Positions 10,346-20,000 are shown, numbered from the stretch's first letter. The stretch is DNA of 20,000 nucleotides from Asterionella formosa (GCA_002256025.1 NKIB01012542.1:56775-76774); one strand, 5' to 3'. Translations and numbers: made by a program. Notes: generated by a model not told the origin, from the letters alone.

Positions 10346-11097
10346 AGTAGAATATAACAGTAGAACAACGGCAACTTGCGTTCAATTATGGAATGCCCAA
10401 CCCCGAAAGTGTCAATCATGGTGGGAAGGAAGAAAACGATGGTGTGCTCGTTTCGAGGAAATCACTGTTTAATTTCCGGCAGTATGGTCCATGTAGATGC
10501 AATAACCAAAGAAATTATTTCGAACAACAATTATTCCATTCATGTTATAATTATGATGGTGGCTTGTTGTATTTGGTTTCCTGCAAATATTTGAGTGGCT
10601 GGCTGCCAATGTGAAATAGCATTTAGCAATACTATGTACATGCACCCAATGTACTATAAATATATGTTAAATTGTTTTTGATTAATCTACTTAGATTCTA
10701 AATATTCAATTTCAAAAAAATCTATACGTTCAAATCTATGTAACTCATAAAAAAATCATTTTTCGAGAAAGCCAACCCTCACGTACAGATTGGTATGTTG
10801 GATACGCAATCCTTCATATGCGAACAGTTAAGACACCGGTGGTGCCAACAAATCGATGCAACTGTTTCCGGGCGGAGGTGGTAAACTCAATGACCATGTG
10901 ACTAGTATTTTGAGTTAGCTAGCAGGACCAACATCATGCTATTTCGAGTTGGTGTTGGATACCATCTTACATCATGAAAGCAAATATCAAGTCAGATCGA
11001 AATCAAAAGTCAGTTTGGGCCTGTTAAGATTTAATTGGCACCAAACAGTCCAAAATAATAAATATTCTGTTTATATTTGCTAGGTAATTAGGTCATC

Positions 11098-11346
11098 ATG
11101 AAGGACAACTTGCATGAACAAGGACCAGCATTATGTTTTGAGTTGTTGGACAAAATCTATGGTCAGAATCATGAAGAAGAAGAATTAATATGGGGCGGTC
11201 TGGAAGCAAAACGAAACTTTTTTGGGTTAGCAGACAGATTATTTAAACAATCAATTCTACTTGAGTCGAGTTTTGTTCAACAACATATTTTCATGACGAA
11301 GAAGAAGAATTCACATGGAAAGAGAAACTCAATTTGGATCCAATGA
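11098..11346 (+). pseudogene. Possible N-terminal relic of a PIF/Harbinger-type transposase
   Basis: EEEELIWGGLEAKRNFFGLADRLFKQ resembles the acidic-WGGS...KRxF..A.xRL.xxYF start of Harbinger ('plant transposon protein') transposases. No DDE core is recognisable downstream. Confidence 0.35.
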
Positions 11347-11877
11347 GCATTCTATCGAAAACAAACAATTTGATCAGGTTTGTGTCGGCTCGATCGAAAA
11401 ATGCATACATACTGTTTGTTGTACAGGATAATCTATCATTATATGATGAAAACTAGCAATGATTCATATGGCAAAAGGGGAATTGCTCAGTTGGTTGGGC
11501 ACATTACCTTTGATTTGAAGTTGTGCGGTTTGATTCCCGCAATTTTTTGAGAAGCAATTGTTGTGTTCGACTCCCACACTCCTCACCGTCCCGTGCGGTC
11601 TTGCCTGCTGTGCAAGGAAAAGTGGGTTGCCCCCCCCCCTACAAGCAGTGTGCCGCCTTCCTGGGCGGTCGGAGTTTCCCATAATACTGCTGCGGCTAGT
11701 ACGATGATCACCTTTCGCGAAAAATGGTTGGTGACTCACCTATGATAACAACAAAACTTGGGAAGCACAGGTCCTATCGGCAGGTAGCACAATGAATAAT
11801 TGCCTATAGAAATGGGGGAGTGCGAATGCGCTATGAAACATACTAACTTGTAGTTTCTCTGAATTAGGGTTTAATAT

Positions 11878-12056
11878 CTGATACAAGGCTTACCTTGCTT
11901 GTATTGTTTTTACTATTTCGCATCCACCTTGTATTGGTCAACCAATCAGATCATCAGTTCCAATTTCAGGCATACCTTGTTTTGGACATGCCCATAGACT
12001 ACAGCAGGCAGGGTGTACCTTGATTTGGTCCCAATACAAGGTAGCCCTTGAATTGG
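11878..12056. repeat. Array A of CCTTGWATTGG half-sites and 26-bp palindromes
   Basis: Palindromes at about 11878 (degenerate), 11960-11985 and 12031-12056 (CCAATACAAGG-TAGC-CCTTGAATTGG). Single half-sites at 11927 and 12018. Confidence 0.8.
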
Positions 12057-12630
12057 ACCCAATAACTCAATGCGAAACCCATTTCAGCATCAGGATAATC
12101 ATTTTAGGGATAGTAATATCAACCAAATATCTAAATACCATATTCTTTTCCAACGTTCATATTTATTTTGCCATTTAAACAAGAAATGAATACATGATTG
12201 AGTCCTACAGCAATATCGAATTTATGAAAATGTTTGAATAATCTGTTGGTTCTTGAGCCCCAGCAATGCCATCATCACAATTCACCAATCCTTTCCTTTA
12301 CCATCAGTCAAAGCAAGTTGGAGCGCTGAGAACGATGATGACAGTGAAGCGCTTCAATGATCGAAGCAAGAGCATGGTTGAGAAATAGCGTACATAAAAA
12401 ATATAACAACAAAGCCTTAACCGATTTGGGCTACTTATATCTTTTTGCATGAAAGAACCGGAGCTGACTGTTTCCTTTCCAATTACTTGACAATTCACTG
12501 ATCCTTCAATTGTATCGAAAGGAGCGCTGAGACAGAGATGCGGGTGTTTCTGAAGCAGGACCTACTATAGTACAGTAGGTACCACGCTAGATATACTATA
12601 TCATTGGATGGTATAAGTCCTACTATACAA

Positions 12631-13197
12631 TGTTAACCTTATAGGCTCTTCTATACAGACCATATACTTGTTTTCTCTCACTGTAGAGATTTACACAATC
12701 TCTCACTGTAGAGATTTACACAATACACACTGTGTATGTATACCACGTCAACCATAAGTGAAAGGTGTATCCTTTAACATTATGCACACGACTCTACCAG
12801 TACCGTGGAACCCATACGTAGTACATATATATGCACACGAGAGTGACCATGATTAGTGATGCTATACACACGGTTACTAGTATGTTGCTGGTAGTACATA
12901 TTGCATTATGTACCCGCAGCTATATGTTACGTGATAACTATTGGTACAGATGTACCTCTAGAATAGACGTACCAATGCTAGGCTAAAACATGACACCTAG
13001 CATGGACTCTTGACACTTAGTAGTACATACCCTTCTCATCAAGACCCTTGTGAGTCCCCTTGGACTAGGAACTAATATAGATACTCTAATCATTACTAAG
13101 CTCATAATTACCCAGAACCTACTTGTTAAATCCTGACAACTATGGGGCAAAGCACTCCTGAACTGAACTGAATCACGATGATAGGTGAGAAATAACA
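12631..13197. mobile_element. Candidate solo LTR (567 bp)
   Basis: Starts TGTTA and ends TAACA (TG...CA with a 5-bp inverted terminus). The 5-bp flanks TACAA / CACAG differ by two transitions. It is non-coding, with TATATA-like boxes and an internal tandem duplication. Confidence 0.5.
12674..12723 (+). repeat. Perfect 2 x 25-bp tandem duplication
   Basis: TCTCTCACTGTAGAGATTTACACAA at 12674-12698 and 12699-12723, followed by a degenerate third start (TACACACTGT). Confidence 0.95.
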
Positions 13198-13694
13198 CAC
13201 AGGCAATTTTTTGTTATGTCCAAGAAAGTGGCAGGACCTACATGCTATGGCGTGAAACAATTTCAATTCCTTAAATATGGCTTCTTATCTATGATATTGA
13301 GCATTGCATGTTCAGCTGGAGATGAGTGAAACAGTGAGAACTGGTTTCTGCACATCATTGTGAACGATATGAAATAACTTGGAGTTATTTTTTTGTGATG
13401 TCAATAAATAGCATCAAGACTTAGCTAAAGTAGTGATGTCCTGGTATATATGCTATACACACTCAATACAGAATAGTTTGATCGACAAGATATCATATGC
13501 CAGCCAGATACCACATTAAAAATTTGAAAGTATACATTACTGTATGATCAATATGGATTGCAGACACATGGCCAAAATTTTGAATTTTTTGAAAGTATAC
13601 ATTGCTGAATGCTCATTTAAATCAAAAGTAACGGTTTTATTTAATCATTATGAATTACCATGATATTGTATGTGCACTTTACCAGCACAATATA

Positions 13695-14278
13695 CCAATA
13701 CATGGTCAACCTTGAATTGCGAAATTTTATCACCTTGTATTGGAAATGATGACCTTGAATGGGGAGGTGACATAGTACCGCCAAAAACCAATACAGAGGC
13801 AACCTTAAATTTCAAAATATCATCGCCTTGTATTGGAACTTACCAGCTTGTATTGGAAATCACTACCTTGTATTGTTGGGACATGACATAGTACAGCCAA
13901 AACCCAATACAGGGGCGACCTTGAATTGCAAAATGTCGCCACCTTGAATTGGGAAATAAATCGAGCCCAATACAGGGAATGCCTTGTATCGGATGATTTT
14001 TTTCAACAACAAATAAAGGAACACCTTGAATTGGATTCGGAGCTGTTTTCACCTTGTATTGGACTTGACATACCAACCTTTTGCTAATGCAAGGTGAACC
14101 TTGCATTGGAATGGTACATCACCTTGTATTTGGAAAAATTATCAAATGACTGACACCTTGTATTTAAAAACATTGTGACGCCCAATACAAGGTGTGCCTG
14201 GATTTGGAGGCTGAATACCGGTTGAAAATGTTCCCAAAATTGCCAAGACAGGGCACTTTTGTTGCCTGTGTTGGCAAT
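13695..14278. repeat. Array B of CCTTGWATTGG half-sites and 26-bp palindromes
   Basis: Palindromes at 13695-13720, 13788-13813, 13904-13929, 13967-13992, about 14010-14034, 14084-14109 and 14182-14207. About nine single half-sites lie between them (e.g. 13733, 13826, 13942, 14052). A related longer-loop hairpin is at 14239-14278. Confidence 0.9.
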
Positions 14279-14875
14279 CCAAAAATGGAGCATATGAAAT
14301 ATACGTATTTTTTTAAAAGAAAGGCAATTGCATAATTGAGTATGTGTAATCCAAAAACTGAACAAATGAAATATCGTAGGTTTTCAATGTTAGGTGAAAG
14401 GGCAATGCAGTGGCGAAAGCGTGCCGATAACTAGATTTTGAGTTGCTGGCGTTGCGAAATGGTCTACCTGCGGGGTCCTCCCAGTCAGTCGAGTACACAA
14501 GAATACAAGTCCCTGGTGGTACCAGTAGACAGACTCACTACTCTTGAGTACCGGTAGTTTACCTTGAGTAACTACATAACCTGTTTGTTGCAAATCAACT
14601 TCAACGATATGTTGCATAAATACAATAACTTGCTTCTAGACAAGCCAAATCGAATTACAGGGAAATGTATAAAACAGGAAGTTGGAAGCAATGACTGAGG
14701 AGATGAGGAAATATCTCATTGGTACATAAACACTGGTAGTGTACTCTTGCTTCATCCACAGCATACATAATAAAATAGAACAATGATGTTGAGCATTGTT
14801 CTAAAAAAGGTATTCAAAGCAATCTTGATTATTCTCAACTTTTTAAAATCAAACTCATAATGGGTTGTGGTCTTG

Positions 14876-15817
14876 TCACCCACCAAAAGCTGTTGCAGGG
14901 TCTAAATCCATGACTGCCACATCCAGGTCAGTGGGTAACTCGGAAACAGATGTTGATCCCTTGCCACAAATCAGTTCATGTCTCGGTCCAGAGCAGGTTC
15001 GACCCACTGTATTTACAAATGCTGCATCTTTGACCCCCAAATGTTCCAATTCTGCCAAAAAGGCTGGTCGTCCAGCTCGACCTGGTGAATCTCCCACTAG
15101 AACCCGAGATCCTCGTTTTAGAGCTTCCACGGTACGCTGCGCTACTGCTCTACCAGTGACGGGTTCATACATAACATCTGCAGCCACGACGATGTCAGCA
15201 TGAGGTAATGGGATCGATTCATCGCACATATCGAGTAAGAACGTTTCAATGCAAAGGCTTTTGCCATTCAACTTGTCAGCAGCATACGCGAGTAGATTCA
15301 AGGGTACGAGCTCGTAGTCTGTAGCCAATATTCGATCTGCCCCACCGAGTGCCGCCGCAATTGAAACAAGACCAGTTCCTGTGCCCAATTCCAATATTGT
15401 CAGGCCCTTCAGTGACTTGTTGGTTGTAAGACACGCGGTCAGTAAATGGTTGGCGATCGCAGATGCCGCTGGCCACAACACCGCCCCATAAGGGTCCCCA
15501 GATTTCAATTGACTAGTGTGAGAAATTTCTTCGTCGTCAAGGGCTAACGCCATATCCACGAGTTCTTCCTGTGATTCTGCTGTAGCCTCCAATATGGTGA
15601 CGGGACCGACGACAGCAATATCAACGGTGACCTCTCGAAACGAAATTCCTTCGATTACATGAACTGTCTGTCTAGTGGACGAAAATGTTGTCGTGAGGGA
15701 GCGGCGAGTATTGACTGTTCCAATTTGAATTACAATCGTGAAGGCTCCCGAGCAATCGGTAAATGCCAGCACAAGCAGGACTATTAGCAGGACTGCACGA
15801 TCGCAATATTTGCCCAT
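14876..15817 (-). CDS. Class I SAM-dependent protein methyltransferase (Methyltransf_16 / METTL21-like), probably plastid-targeted
   Basis: Motifs DPYGAVLWPAA, motif I ILELGTGTGL, ILATD and DIVVAADVMY (DxxY). The ORF-track start at 15835 is TTG; the first ATG is at 15817 (313 aa). This start gives the signal peptide AVLLIVLLVLAFTDCSGA|FTI followed by a T/S/R-rich transit-like stretch. Confidence 0.88.
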   Translation of the reverse strand: MGKYCDRAVLLIVLLVLAFTDCSGAFTIVIQIGTVNTRRSLTTTFSSTRQTVHVIEGISFREVTVDIAVVGPVTILEATAESQEELVDMALALDDEEISHTSQLKSGDPYGAVLWPAASAIANHLLTACLTTNKSLKGLTILELGTGTGLVSIAAALGGADRILATDYELVPLNLLAYAADKLNGKSLCIETFLLDMCDESIPLPHADIVVAADVMYEPVTGRAVAQRTVEALKRGSRVLVGDSPGRAGRPAFLAELEHLGVKDAAFVNTVGRTCSGPRHELICGKGSTSVSELPTDLDVAVMDLDPATAFGG

Positions 15818-16250
15818 TCTGATGGTCCAGTTCAAAGTACACCACTGGAATGTCTTGAGGAATAAAGAATCGAATATGACCAGCGGTCTTTCAACAAAAC
15901 GGAAACCAATTCCTGGTATACCGATACATCCTTGGATGATTAGAGGAAGGGAGGGAGCAGGAACGGCGGAGGACGAAATGTAGCAATGTGATCATTTGAA
16001 GTGTCGTTCGGTTAAGGTTCCTGTGTTTCAGCCCTAGATTAGAGGTAGGGTTAAGATAATAATATTAAGTCAGAGTAGTCAAACATTCACTTCTCAAGAA
16101 TAAAACGTAAATGTATATCACTTAACGGAGCTTTCACCAATATACCCGTACACCCTTTCCATATGCATAGATACAGTCATTCATCAAAGTACAGGTAAGG
16201 ATATACCGGTAGGTCAACCCTACATTACGTCAGTATGTAGGATCTGGCGA

Positions 16251-16368
16251 GAAACTGCGGAAAGGAACTTCGGTTTTTTCACTATGCTATATAGACTGGA
16301 AATTTGGGGGCAACTCACTTAATTAGCATACCGGTAGTTTAAAAGAAGGAGTTCCTTTCTGCAATTTC
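16251..16368. repeat. 20-bp imperfect inverted repeat
   Basis: GAAACTGCGGAAAGGAACTT (16251-16270) versus the reverse complement of 16349-16368 (GAAATTGCAGAAAGGAACTC): 17/20 match, 78-bp spacer. Confidence 0.7.
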
Positions 16369-16959
16369 AAAAAGGGGTTTTTTTGCATTCAAAGACTGCC
16401 TTCCTTTTTTTTGCAATACATCGTGATTGGCATTTTCTTTTTCGTCGTGAATCATTTTCATACCAACCCTATTTTTGTTATGGTAATACTCTACTAGCTA
16501 CAGTGAACAATCAACTGCTATCCACGAGCGTTTATAGATACCACAACCTTCTTGTTTGTTCTCGTGTGCACTGGAAGCACCAAGGACAATCATCCTGTTG
16601 GCTTTTTCCTTTTCGTTTCATCACTGTTATTGATACAGCGAAATTGTGACAGAGAAATCAATAATATCACTGTGATTGGCCTCCTTGGTATCTAGGTAGA
16701 CCATCCACATTTGTTGGTACATATTAGGGCCAGGCAGACAAATATATTGAGCAAGGTATCACCTTTTGTTTTTGTCATAGTAATTTCGACCGTACATACA
16801 TAAGCTGTGCGATTCACTTCATTGCACAAGCGAATCGCTGATTGTTTCATCGCTTCCGAGCAGTAGGCTACACTACTACCTTCTTGTATTACCCAGTGCA
16901 AGGTGCTCACAAGGTACCAGAGTACCTTTTGTGCAAAAACTTGATTTGCATCTCGTTTC

Positions 16960-17760
16960 TTCTACTCTCTGATTGTGCAGATTCACTCCTCCATTCCAGG
17001 ATTCTCTTCTGTTCCAAGATCATGTTTGCAAAACCTCAATTTGTTTGCAGATCACACTGCTTCATTCCCAGATGCAAAAGTTACCTTCGACAATGCTGAT
17101 CACTGGTACTCCTTCATCTGGCTTCCACCAGAATTGCAGTTGCACCTATCTCTGCATCAATTTAGGATCTTGCAATTGCAATTCACGTCCCTCATCAATA
17201 CCCCCCTTGGTGTACTTCTCTCACGATTCAAGGATCTTTCCTATGATGTAACACATTTGGACATATTTGATGATAGTGTAGTAATCATGTTGATGGACAT
17301 CATAATATGTTACAGAATTCCTTTTGCAACATTTCATCAGCATATTGTATGTGTTTTTCAGGCCAATACTGAACTCACTATTGGCTTGAATCAACCACTA
17401 AGCCTTTTCGAGATCTACTTCCTCCCAGGTCATGTGTTGTTTGTCCACCATGGTTTGCTTCAACTACAATACATCTATTCATTCCATATTGACCATACCA
17501 CTCAGTGCCACCAGTACACTGTTTCTAGCTGTCAATTGCTCATGGATATGTTGCCGCAATACAACACAATACACTCACTTTCTGGGTGTTCTTTTTAGCT
17601 TGTCTGCTTAAAGACAATGTTCTGACTAGTACATTGCAACAGAGCCTGCACAGGAATATTCCTTGATTGCATGTCTCCATAGAATCAAGTCAAATATCAA
17701 ATGTGATCACTTTCTGTCCCTGTTTCCTGTACATTTGCAACAACTTGTTCCATTTTCATG
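16960..17760 (-). pseudogene. Decayed coding sequence of unknown family (probably TE-derived)
   Basis: The minus-strand frame reads protein-like for about 200 codons but with scattered TGA/TAG stops (...ALSGMVNME*IDVL*LKQTMVDKQHMTWEEVDLEKA*WLIQANSEFSIGLKNTYNMLMKCCK...LQFWWKPDEGVPVISIVEG...). The region looks CpG-poor and TG/CA-rich. It may extend to about 18400. Confidence 0.5.
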
Positions 17761-19242
17761 GAGGATGATCAACCTTCATACTTGGAAATAAGTTTTGGAT
17801 GGTATGCTTTGGCTTCGAGTGGCTGCTGGATGGTCTTGCTTTGCAACAAACTTAGATCACTTCTCACGTACCTTCCCACAACTCGCACTTCTTATTTCTC
17901 TACTCAAGGTATTCAGATTGATGATCCAAAAAAATGGTCTCTCATATTGTCCAGCTCTGAAATTAGGGTCTAGCTATTGTCACCAGCAGGTCAATGCATA
18001 TCACTTATCTCTATCTTCATTTTGATGTCATGAACATAATGAAATGTTCTCGCAATGGTAGACTAAATCATCCAGACCAATGCAATACGTGGATGAATCT
18101 TTGCACAGTGGTTGTGGAGTCTACATCAGCATTTTTTTCAAAACACCTATTTTCCCCGCCCAACAGTAAAATCCAATGAATTCTGTCTAAAACTTTTGCA
18201 ACTGCTTGCACTTGGGATCCCATCAAGTACTATTCAGGAAATCAATTCTATTCCATTTTCTCTGGCAATATTGGCGATGCACATCGCTCCTCGCCACCTT
18301 AATTTTGATTCCATGTTACCATATTCTACTGTGCCTCAACAATACACCACTCACACTGGAATATTCTCTTGGTGGTTTTACAGTCCTACTGAAATCATGA
18401 ATCGAACATGAGAAATTTTCCATTAGTAGTACCATCATAACAGACTACGGTATAATGATTTTTTAATTTTCAATTTTATAAAATTTTATTGCTTTCTTAG
18501 ATAAAATAAATGTGGTACTAGCAAGCAGTGAAAGAATTTTTGAAATGGCTTTGATATTTATTGCAAAATAGCTAGAATAGAAAATCGGTGGAAGCAAAAT
18601 AGCGCTCAACCGCAAAAACAATATCTCCATGATTCCTTGTCAGATTGAAATCTGAATTGTTTGAACATAACCGTTGTACATCAAGTAGATGTATCATACA
18701 ACATCAGTGGCTGAAAACAATAATTGATTTATAATTCGTGATTTATCTGTTTACAATAGTCATATCATCATTGTCATGATTTTGCCATTACTAGCGGAAC
18801 TGGCAAACATCATGTTCCAAGAACATACATGCTTGTAGAACACTTAACAACCATAAACCGGTATAGTAAATTGTATCAGTTCAGTATACATATGATATAC
18901 AGTACTTTGAATGGTTAATATGTATTCAGAAATGTAGTCAGAGATGAGTAGCAGTATATAAATTCTACAAAGATGTACCGCTAAATATTTTCCCGTACAC
19001 ACACTCACTTGTAGAGGTCGACAAAGATATTCTATGATCGCTCTGTGTGTGCATCTAACCTCGACAGAATTTAGATTTTTACGATTGGGGGAATGAGTTT
19101 GACCCTAAAATAGTTCCTGCCAAATAGAATTCTGGCATAATAGTATTCTATGTGATCATGCCACGAATGAAAGAAAACAGTTATACAAGCTAGCCAGATC
19201 ATATACTTTAGAATTTGATCATTTTCAGGCGTGAAAAAACGA

Positions 19243-19565
19243 TATGCATGTCCAAATCGTCATTTCGGCAATTTTACCGCAACTTGCAGGTACTCCCTCT
19301 GGGCGAAAACAATTTTGTCAATTCTTAAATTTTCTCTGGGACCATTTTGAGTGCTACGATTTAATCCGGCTTAGTTGACCTAAAATGTGCCTTGCGCTTA
19401 GCTACAGCCAGATGCATGTAAAATGATGTATGTGTAGTTAATTTAAAATTTGCTACTACATTCCAAAAAAGGTTTTTCGGCTTTTTCGATTTTCACTGAA
19501 GGCCATCTCGAGCGAAATGCAGATATATGATGACCCATTCTCTACATACATACAAAAGAAGGATA
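19243..19565 (+). repeat. Dispersed repeat copy 2 (same orientation as 10030-10345)
   Basis: Shared blocks ATGCATGT(A)CCAAAT, TCCGGCT, CTTGC-CT-AGCTACAG, CATGTAAAAT, AAAAAAGGTTTTT, ATCTCGAGC, GACCCATT and ACATACATAC occur in the same order as in copy 1. Confidence 0.8.
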
Positions 19566-19762
19566 TACATCTAAGCCGCGTATTACGTGAAGTGACCATC
19601 ACGTAAATAAGCCTAGTTGATTTTGAATGGATCACATGAATTAGTTGAATACATCAAAATGCTTACTTGAATATATCTATATATTATCTGAATACATCAC
19701 GTTAATTATTTGATGAGAGTATCATGCATGCATTCCTGATCATCACTATATTACGTGATCAC

Positions 19763-19943
19763 CTTCACATAATTATTTGAAATACTTCACATAATTATTT
19801 GAAATACTTCACATAATTATTTGAAATACTTCACATAATTATTTGAAATACTTCACATAATTATTTGAAATACTTCACATAATTATTTGAAATACTTCAC
19901 ATAATTATTTGAAATACTTCACATAATTATTTGAAATACTTCA
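19763..19943 (+). repeat. Minisatellite, 8 perfect copies of a 22-bp unit plus a partial copy
   Basis: CTTCACATAATTATTTGAAATA starts at 19763, 19785, 19807, 19829, 19851, 19873, 19895 and 19917, with a partial copy at 19939. Confidence 0.97.
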
Positions 19944-20000
19944 ATTAATTCTGTAATTCAGTTCACATTGTCTTAAATTTTTGTTCACGTAATTCTATAA

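Noticed and set aside
11864..11872. TTAGGG telomere-like motif
   Set aside because: Single copy, expected by chance.
12320..13241. Short direct repeats GGAGCGCTGAGA (about 12320/12521) and GCAGGACCTAC (about 12555/13231)
   Set aside because: Matches of 11-12 bp that do not extend; cannot be separated from chance.
13695..14278. CRISPR array interpretation of the palindromic repeats
   Set aside because: Repeats are degenerate, irregularly spaced and mixed with half-sites. Linkers are partly duplicated rather than unique, there are no cas genes, and the context is eukaryotic.
11767..14484. GCAGGTAG / CTACCTGC as terminal inverted repeats of the array-bearing element
   Set aside because: Only an 8-bp exact match with weak flanking similarity and no clear TSD. 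Not enough to define the ends, though worth rechecking with more copies.
16975..17598. 207-aa plus-strand ORF as a real gene
   Set aside because: Non-ATG start and atypical L/H/F/I-rich composition; it is the antisense shadow of the decayed minus-strand frame.
19763..19943. CRISPR interpretation of the 22-bp repeat
   Set aside because: Units are head-to-tail with no spacers.

Overview
Eukaryotic nuclear DNA, most likely a diatom or related stramenopile; this is inferred from two ASAFAP-type bipartite plastid presequences and compact genes with no visible introns. There are four likely protein-coding genes. (1) A low-complexity ORF of about 500 aa on the minus strand that runs off the left edge and is absent from the ORF track. 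(2) A DEX1-like FG-GAP membrane protein (4521-7892). (3) A probably plastid-targeted J-domain/coiled-coil protein (7986-9521, minus). (4) A probably plastid-targeted Methyltransf_16/METTL21-type SAM methyltransferase (14876-15817, minus). The spaces between genes are AT-rich and full of transposon debris: an 875-bp TA-flanked MITE with 26-bp TIRs, a candidate solo LTR, a diverged dispersed repeat pair, decayed ORFs and a 22-bp minisatellite. Two signals are most unusual. The first is two arrays built from a 26-bp palindrome, CCAATWCAAGG-N4-CCTTGWATTGG, and its half-sites. The second is strong intergenic enrichment of TACCGGTA, which matches the excision footprint expected from elements with CC...GG ends like the MITE here. 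No CRISPR, rRNA or tRNA genes were seen.
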